NCBI GenBank assembly: GCA_963667785.2
Contig: CAXXMU010000001.1
Span: 288,001 to 352,000, forward strand
Reading direction: 5' to 3'
Length of the DNA: 64,000 nt
Source of the DNA: Alphaproteobacteria bacterium
GTDB lineage: Bacteria; Pseudomonadota; Alphaproteobacteria; UBA828
A program made the position numbers and the translations under genes. This document shows positions 40,872 through 53,551 of this stretch, one piece after another. Within the stretch, counting starts at the first letter, position 1, and every line of letters starts with the position of its first letter. The notes under the pieces were generated by a model, which saw only the letters and a program-made list of their open reading frames with translations, ran no database searches and was not told the DNA's origin.

Positions 40872-41867
40872 ATGCGCCTGCCGACGCTTGCCCAGTTCCA
40901 GGACGCCGCCGCGTTCGTCCACGAGACTCTCGACCCCACGCCGCAGATCGCCTGGCCGCTGCTGGCGGCGCGGACCGGGGCCGAGGTCTGGGTCAAGCAC
41001 GAGAACCACACGCCCATCGGCGCCTTCAAGGTGCGGGGCGGCCTCGTCTTCATGGACGACCTGCGCCGGCACGGGCAGGTCGCGGGCGTCGTCGCCGCCA
41101 CCAGGGGCAATCACGGCCAGAGCATCGCCTTCTCCGCGTCCCGGCTCGGCCTCGCCGCGACGCTCGTCGTGCCGGAGGGCAACGCCGCCGGCAAGAACGC
41201 GGCGATGGCTGCGTTCGGCGGCGAGCTGGTGATACACGGCACGGACTTCGAGGAGGCCTTCGCGCACGCGGAAGCGCTGGCGGCGGAGCGCGGGCTGGCG
41301 ATGGTTCCCTCCTTCGACGAGCGCCTCATCCGGGGCGTCGGCACCTATGCGCTGGAGCTCTTCACCGCCGTGCCCGACCTCGATGCCGTCTACGTGCCGG
41401 TGGGGCTGGGGTCCGGCATCTGCGGGCTGATGGGGGTGCGTGACGCGCTCGGGCTCAAGACCGAGATCATCGGCGTCGTCGCCGAGGGCGCCAACTGCTA
41501 TGCGCTCAGCTACGAGGCGCGGCGGCCGGTCTCGATCAACCGGGCCACCACCGTCGTGGGCGACGGCATCGCCACCCGCGAGCCCTCGCCCGTAGCGCTG
41601 GAGGTGATCCTCGCCGGCTGCGCCCGCATCGTCAGCGTCTCCGACGACGAGATGCTCGATGCCATCGCCGCCTACCACGCCGATACCCACAACCTTGCCG
41701 AGGGCGCGGGCGCGTCGCCGCTGGCTGCGCTCATGCAGGAGCGCGCCGCCATGGCGGGCAAGAAGGTGGGGCTGATCCTCTCCGGCGGCAACGTGGACCC
41801 GGGCGTCTACGCCCGGGCGCTGGCGCGGCTCGACGCCGGCCCGGCTGCGCCTGTGGTGGTGCAGTAG
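40872..41867 (+). CDS. Threonine/serine dehydratase family PLP enzyme
   Basis: KHENHTPIGAFKVRGG, ATRGNHG, PVGLGSG and LSGGN. Confidence 0.9.
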   Translation: MRLPTLAQFQDAAAFVHETLDPTPQIAWPLLAARTGAEVWVKHENHTPIGAFKVRGGLVFMDDLRRHGQVAGVVAATRGNHGQSIAFSASRLGLAATLVVPEGNAAGKNAAMAAFGGELVIHGTDFEEAFAHAEALAAERGLAMVPSFDERLIRGVGTYALELFTAVPDLDAVYVPVGLGSGICGLMGVRDALGLKTEIIGVVAEGANCYALSYEARRPVSINRATTVVGDGIATREPSPVALEVILAGCARIVSVSDDEMLDAIAAYHADTHNLAEGAGASPLAALMQERAAMAGKKVGLILSGGNVDPGVYARALARLDAGPAAPVVVQ

Positions 41868-41873
41868 AGGGCC

Positions 41874-42107
41874 TAGAGCAAATTCTGACCAGACGGGGTC
41901 AGGTCCGGTTGTCGCACGCTCCCCCCGTTCGCGTGCAGTGCGGCTGAAGACTCCCCCACCTCACCCCGGCCCTCTCCGCCCCCAGGGGCGGAGAGGGAGA
42001 ACGAGCCGGCGCCGTCTACGTTCCCCCTCCGCCTTTGGGGGAGGGGGACAGGGGGAGGTGGGCGTCCTTCGGGCTGTCGCGATCTCGTTAGGTCGGGAAA
42101 CGCTCTA
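41874..42107. mobile_element. MITE-like element (TAGAGC...GCTCTA ends) with a nested palindromic repeat
   Basis: Left end TAGAGCaaattCtGACCagACG matches the reverse complement of the right end, TAGAGCgtttcCcGACCtaACG. An inner unit (about 41955-42062) has CCCACCTC...GAGGTGGG ends and a CCCTCTCCGCCCC-ca-GGGGCGGAGAGGG hairpin. Confidence 0.65.
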
Positions 42108-43160
42108 AGCCCGAGAGCGGCCGGGGAGGCGGTCCACCAGGCGGATGTAGAGGTTGCGCAGCTGGGCGGTAACCCCTTCCGGCACCGCGAGCACGAACAG
42201 CACCAGGATGACGCCGAGGATCAGGTTGACGTCGACGCTCTGCTGCGTGCCGAGCTCGATGGTCACGAAGCCGAGGATCATCGCGCCCACCAGCGGCCCC
42301 ACCAGGGTGCCGAGCCCGCCGACGACGACCCAGATGATGATCTGCGCGCTGAAGCCGAGGTCGAAGACGGTGGGGCTGACGTAGGAGTTCCAGTTGGCGT
42401 AGAGGACGCCCGCGAGCCCCGCCACCGCGCCGCCGATGCCGAAGGTCGCCATCTTGTAGAGCCGCGTGTCGTAGCCGAGCAGCTCGGCCCGGAGCTCGTT
42501 CTCGCGCACCGCCGCCACCGCGCGCCCGAAGCTGGAGTACATGGTGAGACGCAGCCCCACATAGACCAGCAGCAGGCAGATCCCGGTGATGAGGAACATG
42601 TCCTCGGGCCAGATCATGCGCATGGGATCGCCCGGCGTGTTGATGGGGGGAAGCGCCGGCATGCCGTTGAAGCCGCCGAGATGGGCGGTGCCGATGGTGT
42701 ACTCGTAGCCGGCCGTGTGGCCGAGGAACTTGTAGAAGATCAGCGACACCACGAGGGTGATGACCGCCACGTAGACGGTGCTGATGCGGCCGTAGAACAT
42801 GAAGTAGCCGAGGAAGAGGGCGAAGGCCGCGGGCACGGCCACGCCGGCGAAGAGCGCGGTCGTGCTGCCCCCCATGTTGATGGAGACGACGGCGTAGGTG
42901 TAGCCGCCGAGGCCGTAGAATGCGGCCTGGCCGAAGCTGAAGATGCCGCCGTAGCCCCAGACCCAGCCGAGGCTCATGGCGAGGATGCCGTAGGCCATGA
43001 AGAGCGTGAGCTGCAGCAGGATGAAGATGTCGGAGACCACCAGCGGCAGGATGCCGATGACGAGCGCGATCGCCACAACCAGCGCGATCGGCCCGGTGAG
43101 CGCCGGCGACAGCCGCCCGACCGTGATGCCGTCGGAATTGAAAGTGACGTTCAGAGCCAT
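42105..43160 (-). CDS. Urea/amide/branched-chain ABC permease (UrtC/LivM-like)
   Basis: WGYGGIFSFGQAAFYG, AVRENE.RAELLGY and GGLGTLVGP. Confidence 0.9.
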   Translation of the reverse strand: MALNVTFNSDGITVGRLSPALTGPIALVVAIALVIGILPLVVSDIFILLQLTLFMAYGILAMSLGWVWGYGGIFSFGQAAFYGLGGYTYAVVSINMGGSTTALFAGVAVPAAFALFLGYFMFYGRISTVYVAVITLVVSLIFYKFLGHTAGYEYTIGTAHLGGFNGMPALPPINTPGDPMRMIWPEDMFLITGICLLLVYVGLRLTMYSSFGRAVAAVRENELRAELLGYDTRLYKMATFGIGGAVAGLAGVLYANWNSYVSPTVFDLGFSAQIIIWVVVGGLGTLVGPLVGAMILGFVTIELGTQQSVDVNLILGVILVLFVLAVPEGVTAQLRNLYIRLVDRLPGRSRA

Positions 43161-44017
43161 CGGCGGAAGAACCGGCCGGTGATGCCCTGCGGCAGCAGGC
43201 GGAGCAGGATGACGGCGGCGATCAGCAGCGCGACGTCGCCCATGACCGGCGTCGTCAGGAAGGTGGTGACCTGGTTCACGGTGCCGAAGAGCGCGGCTGC
43301 AGACGAGGTGCCGGTGACGATCGCCTCGCCGCCGCCGATCACCGTGATGAACGCCTTGGCGATGAAGGTGACGCCCATGGTCGGCAGGAGCCCGCTCACC
43401 GGCGCGAGCGCTGCGCCCGCGAGCCCGGTCAGCGCCGCGCCGACGCCGAAGGTGATGGTGTAGACCCGCTGCGGGCTGATGCCGAGCGCGGACGCCATGT
43501 CGGCGTTCTGCATCGTGCCGCGGGCGATCAGGCCGGCGCGCGTGTAGCGCAGCACGGCGAAGATCACCGCGATCACGAGGACGCCGAGGAAGATGATGTA
43601 GAGCCTGTACTGGCTCTCGACGAACTCGCCGATCTCGAAGCTGCCGAGGGGGGAGACCACGCTCTCGGTCGCATTGCCGAAGATCGTCGTGATGATGCCG
43701 ATGAAGAGCAGCGAGAGCCCCCAGGTCGCGATCAGGGTGTCCATCATGCGGCCGTAGAGGAAGCGGACGATGAAGCGCTCGACGATGACGCCGACGAGGC
43801 CGACGAAGAGCGGCGCGATGACCAGCATCGACACCCAGAAGTTGATGCCCGCCTTGGTCGAGACGACGACCGCGTAAGCGCCGAGCATCAGGAACTCGCC
43901 GTGGGCCAGGTTGATGACCCGCATCATGCCGAAGATGACCGCCAGCCCCGCGCTGATGAGCGCGAGGCTGGCGACCGTGTAGCCGATCTGGACGGCGATG
44001 ATGCCGGCGAGGTCCAT
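43151..44017 (-). CDS. Urea/amide/branched-chain ABC permease (UrtB/LivH-like)
   Basis: GLAVIFGMMRVINLAHGEF and DTLIATWG. Confidence 0.9.
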   Translation of the reverse strand: MDLAGIIAVQIGYTVASLALISAGLAVIFGMMRVINLAHGEFLMLGAYAVVVSTKAGINFWVSMLVIAPLFVGLVGVIVERFIVRFLYGRMMDTLIATWGLSLLFIGIITTIFGNATESVVSPLGSFEIGEFVESQYRLYIIFLGVLVIAVIFAVLRYTRAGLIARGTMQNADMASALGISPQRVYTITFGVGAALTGLAGAALAPVSGLLPTMGVTFIAKAFITVIGGGEAIVTGTSSAAALFGTVNQVTTFLTTPVMGDVALLIAAVILLRLLPQGITGRFFRRWL

Positions 44018-44043
44018 GATCGGTAACTAAGGCTCGGTCGGGG

Positions 44044-45285
44044 TCAGTCGACCTCGATCCTGTACTGGGTCGCCTGATCCGGGTTGCTGATCAGGTCGCA
44101 GACCGTGGCGGTATCGTCGGGCGTCCTGTTCTCGGCCACCTCGACGATGTTGAAGTTGCCGCCGTTCAGCTCGGCAATCGCCGCGCTCATGATGGTGTGG
44201 TGGGTGGGCGGATCCATCGTCACCGTGCCGCCCGGCCCCTCGACCGAGATCCCGGTCTCCAGCGCCTCGATCACCGCCATGCGGTCGATGGTGCCGGCCT
44301 GCTCGACCGCCTTCTTCCACATGTTGACCGAGTTGTAGGTGCAGATCGCGAGCGTGCCGATCTCCGCCGCATCGGCGCCGTAGCGGGCGCGCCACTTCTC
44401 CAGGAACGCGTGGTTCGCCGGCGAGTCGATGCTCTGGAAGTAGTGGTAGGAGCACATGATGCCCTCGGATTCCTCGGCCGAGACGAAGGCGTTCTCCCAC
44501 GGCCCGAACACGGTGGAGGCCACCGGGATCTTGTCCTGCATGCCGGCCGCCGGCCACTGCCGGTAGAAGCCGATGTGGTTGCCGCCCACCAGCGCCGAGA
44601 CCACCAGGTCCGGGTCGGCCTGCTGGATCTTGGTGATGGTCGAGGCGAAGTCGCCGACATCGAGGGGGAAGAACTCCTCGGCGATCACCTCGCCGCCGAA
44701 GTCCTTCGCGTACTTCTTGATCCAGTCGGCGGTGATCTGGCCGTAGATGTAGTCGGCGGCGATGGTGTAGACGGTCTTCGCGCCGAACTTGTCCATCGCG
44801 TACTTCAGCAGCGGGCCGTTGATCTGGGCCGGCGTCTCCGCGTTGCAGAAGACCGTGCGGTCGCACACGCCGCCCTCGTAGAAGGTGCTGTAGAAGTAGA
44901 GCTTGCGGAAGCGGTCGAAGACCGGGCGAATGGACTCGCGGGACGCGCTGGTGATGCCGCCGAAGATCACGTCGGCCTTGTCGGCCGTCGCCAGCCGCTG
45001 CGCGTACTGCGAGTAGTTGGCCATCGTCGACTGGGCGTCGTACTCGATCAGCTCGAGCTGCTGCCCGAGCACGCCGCCGCCGGCGTTGATCTCGTCGACC
45101 GCGAACACGAGGGCGTCGGCCATCTCGTTGCCGTAGATGCCGATCACGCCGGTGCGGTCGTGCAGCCCGCCGACCCTGATGGTGTCGGCGCGGGCCGGCT
45201 TCACGATCACGGTCGGCACCGCGGCCACCGCCGCGCCGCCGATCCCGGCCGCCTTGAGGAACGTTCGGCGATTGACCTTGCTCAT
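44044..45285 (-). CDS. UrtA/AmiC-family substrate-binding protein with Tat signal
   Basis: NRRTFLK twin-arginine signal, DEINAGGG, TSASRE, FYEGG and DYIYG. Confidence 0.9.
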   Translation of the reverse strand: MSKVNRRTFLKAAGIGGAAVAAVPTVIVKPARADTIRVGGLHDRTGVIGIYGNEMADALVFAVDEINAGGGVLGQQLELIEYDAQSTMANYSQYAQRLATADKADVIFGGITSASRESIRPVFDRFRKLYFYSTFYEGGVCDRTVFCNAETPAQINGPLLKYAMDKFGAKTVYTIAADYIYGQITADWIKKYAKDFGGEVIAEEFFPLDVGDFASTITKIQQADPDLVVSALVGGNHIGFYRQWPAAGMQDKIPVASTVFGPWENAFVSAEESEGIMCSYHYFQSIDSPANHAFLEKWRARYGADAAEIGTLAICTYNSVNMWKKAVEQAGTIDRMAVIEALETGISVEGPGGTVTMDPPTHHTIMSAAIAELNGGNFNIVEVAENRTPDDTATVCDLISNPDQATQYRIEVD

Positions 45286-45451
45286 CGTTATCCTCCCTGT
45301 CTCGGTGCATCCTGCCGCCCGTGCCGGACGCGGCGCGGCCGGGCGCCGGCGTCCTCGCGCGGCGCAGTGGGAGCGATGGTAGCCACCTTGCCGCCGCGCC
45401 ACAATCGGCAGCCGCGCGGGCGACGCTCCCCCGCGGCGAGAGGCGGAATCG

Positions 45452-45489
45452 AACAAACGCTTGCCCGAACGCGCTCGGTCAGAAATTAT
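45452..45489 (+). promoter_or_regulatory. Candidate TetR operator palindromes overlapping a divergent promoter
   Basis: AACAAACGCTTGCC (45452-45465) and the near-perfect palindrome CCGAACGCGCTCGG (45465-45478); TTGCCC-N17-AATTAT just upstream of the tetR GTG. Confidence 0.4.
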
Positions 45490-45497
45490 CGTGAGCC

Positions 45498-46082
45498 GTG
45501 GCCACGTCCGACGCGAAACGCAGGGACAACCGGCGGGGGCGCATCCTCGATGCCGCCGCCGTGCAGTTCGCGCGCTCCGGCTACAGCGCCACCTCGGTCC
45601 GCGACATCGCCGCGGCCGCCGGAATCCTCCCCGGCTCGATGTACTACCACTTCGCGTCGAAGGAGGACCTGCTGGCGGCGGTCCACGAGACCGGAATCCG
45701 GCGGATCAAGGAGCGGGTGCTCGCGGCCGTCGAGACCGCGGACGACCCCTGGGGCAGGCTCGAGGCCGCCTGCGCCGCTCACGTCGAGACCCTGCACCAG
45801 AGCAAGGAGTACGGCTCGGTCATCGCCACCGAGTTCCCGCGCCGCCATTCGCCGAAGCTGCGCCAGCGCATGATCGAGGAGCGGGACGACTACGAGAACG
45901 TCTTCCGCCGGCTGATCGACGAGCTGCCGCTGCCGTCCGGCGTCAGCCGCAAGTATTTCCGCCTCGCGCTGATCGGCGCCATGGCCTGGTCGATCGCCTG
46001 GTACAGGCCGGGCGAGGATTCGGCGGAGGAGATCGCGCGCCAGATCGTCAACCTGTTCCGCCCGGTGGCCGCGCCGGGATGA
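45498..46082 (+). CDS. TetR/AcrR family regulator (KstR2-like)
   Basis: ILDAAA..F...GY.ATSVRDIA..AGILPGSMYYHF.SKE helix-turn-helix. Confidence 0.92.
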   Translation: MATSDAKRRDNRRGRILDAAAVQFARSGYSATSVRDIAAAAGILPGSMYYHFASKEDLLAAVHETGIRRIKERVLAAVETADDPWGRLEAACAAHVETLHQSKEYGSVIATEFPRRHSPKLRQRMIEERDDYENVFRRLIDELPLPSGVSRKYFRLALIGAMAWSIAWYRPGEDSAEEIARQIVNLFRPVAAPG

Positions 46083-46855
46083 GGCTCGAAGGCAAGGTCG
46101 CGGTAGTGACCGGGGCGGCCCGCGGCATCGGCGCCGCCTGCGCCCGGCGCTTCGCCGCCGAGGGGGCGGACGTGGTGCTCGCCGACATCCTGGAGGAGGA
46201 CGGCGAGGCGACGGCCGAGGCGATCCGCGCCGACGGCGGTGCCGCCGCCTTCCTCGCCTGCGATACCGGCGACGGCGAACAGGCGCGCGCGCTGGTCGAG
46301 CGCACGCTCTCGCGCCACGGGCGCATCGACGTGCTGGTGAACAACGCCGCCATCTTCACCGTCCAGGACTTCCTCGACGTGAGCGAGGAGGACTTCGACA
46401 GCGTGCTCAGGGTCAACCTGAAGGGCTACTTCCTGGTGGGGCAGGCCGCAGCGCGGGCGATGGCGGCGGCGGGCTCCGGCAGCATCATCAACATGTCCTC
46501 GGTCAACGGGGTGATGGCGATCGACACCATCGCGCCCTATGTCGTCAGCAAGGGCGGGGTCAACCAGCTCACCTCGGTGATGGCGCTGGCGCTGGCGCCC
46601 AAGGGCGTGCGCGTGAACGCGATCGGCCCGGGCACGATCCTGACCGAGTTGTCTGGTACGCTGCTGACCGACGAGGCGGCGCGGCGCCGCGTGCTCTCCC
46701 GCACGCCGATGGGCCGCATCGGCCGGCCGGAGGAGATCGCGGGCATCGCCGTCTTCCTGGCGAGCGAGGATTCGTCCTATGTCACGGGCCAGGTGATCTA
46801 CGCCGACGGCGGGCGCATGCGGCTCAACTACACCGTGCCGGTGGCGGAGGGGTAG
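46079..46855 (+). CDS. SDR oxidoreductase
   Basis: TGAARGIG, NNAA, YVVSK and VRVNAIGPG; ATGA overlap with tetR. Confidence 0.92.
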   Translation: MRLEGKVAVVTGAARGIGAACARRFAAEGADVVLADILEEDGEATAEAIRADGGAAAFLACDTGDGEQARALVERTLSRHGRIDVLVNNAAIFTVQDFLDVSEEDFDSVLRVNLKGYFLVGQAAARAMAAAGSGSIINMSSVNGVMAIDTIAPYVVSKGGVNQLTSVMALALAPKGVRVNAIGPGTILTELSGTLLTDEAARRRVLSRTPMGRIGRPEEIAGIAVFLASEDSSYVTGQVIYADGGRMRLNYTVPVAEG

Positions 46856-46899
46856 GGGACGGGCAGCCGTCCCTCCGGCGCAGGACAGGGAACGCAGCC

Positions 46900-47637
46900 A
46901 TGGCGGACGAGCGGAGGACGCTGATCCTCACCGGCGCGAGCCAGGGGATCGGACACGCGACGGTCAAGCGCTTCAGCGCGGCCGGCTGGCGGGTGATCAC
47001 CGCCTCGCGCCGGGCCTTCTCGGAGGATTGCCCCTGGGAGGCCGGGCCCGAGGACCATATCCGAATCGACCTCGCCGATCCCGAGGACGTGAAGCGCGGC
47101 ATCGAGGAGATGCGCGCCCGCCTCGACGGCGCGCCGCTGAGCGCGCTGGTCAACAATGCGGGGATCTCGCCCAAGAGCGGAGACGGCGCGCGCCTCGACA
47201 GCCTGAGCACCGATCTCGACCTCTGGCGGGAGGTCTTCCAGGTCAACTTCTACGCGCCGCTCGCGCTGGCGCGCGGCCTCTTCGAGGAGCTGAAGCAGGG
47301 CCAGGGCAGCGTCGTCAACGTGACCTCGATCGCGGGCGGCAGGGTGCACCGTTTCGCCGGCAGCGCCTACGCCACCTCCAAGGCGGCGCTGGCGGCGCTC
47401 ACGCGCGAGATGGCGGCGGACTTCGGCCCTCTCGGCATCCGCGTCAACGCCATCGCGCCGGGCGAGATCGACACGCCCATCCTCTCGCCGGGCAGCGACG
47501 ATCTGCTACCCGCCATTCCCATGGCCAGGCTGGGCAAGCCCTCCGAGGTGGCGTCGGCGATCTACTTCCTTTGCTCGGACACCGCCGCCTACATCACCGG
47601 CGGCGAGCTGCACGTGAACGGCGGCGAGCACGTCTGA
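46900..47637 (+). CDS. SDR oxidoreductase
   Basis: TGASQGIG, NNAG, YATSK and IRVNAIAPG. Confidence 0.92.
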   Translation: MADERRTLILTGASQGIGHATVKRFSAAGWRVITASRRAFSEDCPWEAGPEDHIRIDLADPEDVKRGIEEMRARLDGAPLSALVNNAGISPKSGDGARLDSLSTDLDLWREVFQVNFYAPLALARGLFEELKQGQGSVVNVTSIAGGRVHRFAGSAYATSKAALAALTREMAADFGPLGIRVNAIAPGEIDTPILSPGSDDLLPAIPMARLGKPSEVASAIYFLCSDTAAYITGGELHVNGGEHV

Positions 47638-47660
47638 ACCGGACGTGGCGCCCGAGAGTG

Positions 47661-47737
47661 TGGCGCGCCCGGCAGGATTCGAACCTGCGACCCCAAGCTT
47701 AGAAGGCTCGTGCTCTATCCCACTGAGCTACGGGCGC
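47661..47737 (-). tRNA. tRNA-Arg (anticodon TCT)
   Basis: Minus strand GCGCCCGTAGCTCAGTGGGATAGAGCACGAGCCTTCTAAGCTTGGGGTCGCAGGTTCGAATCCTGCCGGGCGCGCCA folds as a cloverleaf with loop CT-TCT-AA and an encoded CCA. Confidence 0.96.
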
Positions 47738-47820
47738 CCGTCGCCCGCCGTTCCTAGCACGATCGGCGCCAAATGTGACCGACCATCGGCGCGCCTGCCG
47801 CCGCGCTGCCGTCGGCCCGC

Positions 47821-49002
<1,182 letters not shown>

Positions 49003-49074
49003 GCGCGCCTCCCTTTCCGGCCCCGTCGTGAGCGGCGCGCATCATGCCACCAAAGCACGGTGTGCGGAACCTGA

Positions 49075-49482
<408 letters not shown>

Positions 49483-49551
49483 GCGCGCGAGCGCGCCGGC
49501 ACAGGCGTCGGGCGCGGCATGCGCAGACCGAGAGGCCGATGGAGCGGACAG

Positions 49552-50961
49552 ATGAGTGACAGCGACAGCGTCCTGGAGATGATCGAGAAGAACGAGGTCC
49601 AGTTCGTGGACTTCCGGTTCACCGACCCTCGCGGCAAGTGGCAGCACATGACCCAGGCGGTGCGCACCGTCGACGAGGAGGTGCTCGACGACGGCATCAT
49701 GTTCGACGGCTCCTCCATCGCCGGCTGGAAGGAGATCCACCAGTCCGACATGGTGCTCAAGCCGGACCCGGCGAGCGCGGTGATGGACCCGTTCTCGGCG
49801 CTGCCGCAGATGATCCTGACCTGCGACGTGATCGAGCCGTCGACCGGACAGGCCTACGACCGCTGCCCGCGCTGCGTGGCCAAGAAGGCGGAGATCTATC
49901 TCGCCTATTCCGGGCTGGGCGACACGGCCTTCTTCGGGCCGGAGGCGGAGTTCTTCGTCTTCGACGACGTGCGCTACAAGGTCTCGATGAACGAGACCTA
50001 CTACATGCTCGACCAGGAGGAGGGGCCCTACAACACGGGCCGCGCCTACGAGGAGGGCAATGTCGGGCACCGCCCGCCGACGAAGGGCGGCTACGTGCCG
50101 GTGCCGCCGATCGATTCGATGAACGACATGCGGGCCGAGATGGTCACTCACCTGGCGGGCATGGGCGTCAAGGTGGAGAAGCACCACCACGAGGTCGCGC
50201 CCAGCCAGAACGAGCTCGGGGTCGAGTTCGGCACCCTGCTCCAGGCCGCCGACCAGCTCCAGATCCAGAAGTACGTGGTGCAGATGACCGCGCACAGCTA
50301 CGGCAAGAGCGCGACCTACATGCCGAAGCCGGTCTTCGGCGACAACGGCTCCGGCATGCACGTGCACCAGTCGATCTGGAAGGACGGCAAGCCGCTGTTC
50401 GCGGGCGCCGGCTACGCCGACCTCTCGGACATGGCGCTCTACTATATCGGCGGGGTGATCCGCCATGCGCGGGCCATCAACGCCTTCACCAACCCGACGA
50501 CCAACAGCTACAAGCGGCTGGTGCCGGGCTACGAGGCGCCGGTGCTGCTGGCCTATTCGGCGCGCAACCGCTCCGCCTCGTGCCGCATTCCCTACGCGGC
50601 GAGCCCCAAGGGCAAGCGGGTCGAGGTGCGCTTCCCCGATCCCTCGGCCAACCCCTATCTCAGCTTCGCCGCGATGCTGATGGCGGGGATCGACGGCATC
50701 GAGAACAAGATCCATCCGGGCGACGCGATGGACAAGAACCTCTACGACCTGCCGCCCGAGGAGCTGAAGGACGTGCCGACGGTGTGCGGCAACCTGGGTC
50801 AGGCGCTGGACGCGCTCGACGCGGACCGCGACTTCCTGAAGAAGGGCGACGTCTTCACGGACGACCTGATCGACGGCTATCTCGAGCTCAAGCGGGAGGA
50901 GCAGACGGCCTTCCTGATGTCTCCGCATCCCATCGAGTTCGAGATGTACTACTCCGTCTGA
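49552..50961 (+). CDS. glnA: Type I glutamine synthetase
   Basis: [36 protein letters not shown] and the adenylylation motif [10 protein letters not shown]. Confidence 0.97.
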   Translation: MSDSDSVLEMIEKNEVQFVDFRFTDPRGKWQHMTQAVRTVDEEVLDDGIMFDGSSIAGWKEIHQSDMVLKPDPASAVMDPFSALPQMILTCDVIEPSTGQAYDRCPRCVAKKAEIYLAYSGLGDTAFFGPEAEFFVFDDVRYKVSMNETYYMLDQEEGPYNTGRAYEEGNVGHRPPTKGGYVPVPPIDSMNDMRAEMVTHLAGMGVKVEKHHHEVAPSQNELGVEFGTLLQAADQLQIQKYVVQMTAHSYGKSATYMPKPVFGDNGSGMHVHQSIWKDGKPLFAGAGYADLSDMALYYIGGVIRHARAINAFTNPTTNSYKRLVPGYEAPVLLAYSARNRSASCRIPYAASPKGKRVEVRFPDPSANPYLSFAAMLMAGIDGIENKIHPGDAMDKNLYDLPPEELKDVPTVCGNLGQALDALDADRDFLKKGDVFTDDLIDGYLELKREEQTAFLMSPHPIEFEMYYSV

Positions 50962-51033
50962 CCGGCCGGCGCGCGGGCTGGCGGGCGCAGGCCTGCCCGC
51001 GGCCCGCGGCCTGCGCCGGAGCGCTCGTCCGCC

Positions 51034-51225
51034 GTGCCGATCCAGATCGCCGTCGGCCTCGTATTCGGGGCGCTGCTGTTCTACCCCGCCTTGCGTATCT
51101 GCCGGCGTGCCGGGGTGCGCTGGCCGCTCGCGCTGGTGGTCTTCGTGCCCCTGGTCGGGCCTCTCGTCCTGCTGGCGCTGCTCGCCTTCATGATCTGGCC
51201 CAACGATCCCTACGGGAAGCGCTGA
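51034..51225 (+). CDS. Small membrane protein (hypothetical)
   Basis: Hydrophobic ORF with RICRRAG..W..ALVVFVPLV...LAFMIWP pattern, similar to the next ORF. Confidence 0.6.
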   Translation: MPIQIAVGLVFGALLFYPALRICRRAGVRWPLALVVFVPLVGPLVLLALLAFMIWPNDPYGKR

Positions 51226-51228
51226 GCC

Positions 51229-51595
51229 GTGATCGGCGTCCTGCAGTACCTCGCGGTCGTGGTCATCGCGATGTGGATGTTCTGGCGCATCTTCAACAAG
51301 GCCGGCCGCTCGCCCTGGTGGTCCCATCTCATGCTGATTCCCATCGTCGGCCTGTTCACGCCGATCCATATCGGGATGGGCCTTCTGCTCGGCGTGCCGC
51401 TGGCGATGATCTGGGTCTTCGCCTTCTCGCCCTGGCCCTCGATCGACAATCCGCCCCCGGTCTCCGACAGGCCGGGCTACGAGCCGCCCGCGCCCGAGCG
51501 CTTCAGGGGCCCGTTCAGATGGACCAGGCGGCCGGGCGCCCAGGGCGGCCGCAGGAGCCGGGGGGTCACCCGCGTGCGGGAAAGGAGACGCGACG

Positions 51596-51603
<8 letters not shown>
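51229..51603 (+). CDS. Small membrane protein (hypothetical)
   Basis: [23 protein letters not shown]...VFAFSPWP; stop overlaps the argG start. Confidence 0.65.
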
Positions 51604-52807
<1,204 letters not shown>

Positions 52808-52878
52808 GCCCGCCGCCGCGCGCGACAACCGGGCCGGCCGTGCTATGCTCGGCCGGCGGTGCAACGGGGGATGGAGCC

Positions 52879-53502
52879 ATGAGCGGGGCCGACTGGCACA
52901 TCAGGGGCGACTATTACGAGACCTGTAGCTGCGACTACCTCTGCCCCTGCATCTACACCAACATGACCGCGATGCCCACGGATGGCGTCTGCAAGGTGGC
53001 GATCGTGCTGGACATCGCCGAGGGACACTACGGCGAGGTGCGCCTCGACGGCGTCGCCTTCGTCACGGCGGCCATGGTGGCGGGGCCGATGGGCGACGGG
53101 AACTGGACCGTGGGGCTGATCATCGACGAGCGTGCGAGCGACGCGCAGGTCGATGCCATCGGCCGCATCTGCTCCGGCGACGAGGGCGGTCCGATGGCGC
53201 TGATGGCGCCGCTGATCGGCACCTTCGCCGGCGTCGAGCGGGCGCCGATCGCGATCGAGCGGCGGGCCATGGGCTTCTCGATCACCGCCGGCGATCTGCT
53301 CAGCCACGGGGCCGAGGGCGTGCCCAGCCTGCCCGATCCGTCCGAGACCATCATGATCGACAACACCGGCCACCCCGCCAACAAGCGCCTGCATCTCGCG
53401 CGCGGGACCCACAGCCACCTCAACGCCTTCGGCATCGACTGGAACGATGCGGCGGGCGGTCACAACGGCCACTACGCCCCGTTCGACTGGCGCCCGAACT
53501 GA
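52879..53502 (+). CDS. DUF1326 family putative metal-binding protein
   Basis: W.IRGDYYETCSCDYLCPC...C, GHYG.V.LDG, GNW and GGP. Confidence 0.82.
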   Translation: MSGADWHIRGDYYETCSCDYLCPCIYTNMTAMPTDGVCKVAIVLDIAEGHYGEVRLDGVAFVTAAMVAGPMGDGNWTVGLIIDERASDAQVDAIGRICSGDEGGPMALMAPLIGTFAGVERAPIAIERRAMGFSITAGDLLSHGAEGVPSLPDPSETIMIDNTGHPANKRLHLARGTHSHLNAFGIDWNDAAGGHNGHYAPFDWRPN

Positions 53503-53551
53503 TCGCACGCCCGCAGGCGCGCTCCCCTCACACCATGGCCGGCCCACGGCT

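Noticed and set aside
47646-47655. TGGCGCCCGA next to the tRNA-Arg 3' end as a possible att-site scar
   Set aside because: The match is about 9 bp of GC-rich sequence, and there is no integrase or compositional shift on that side.
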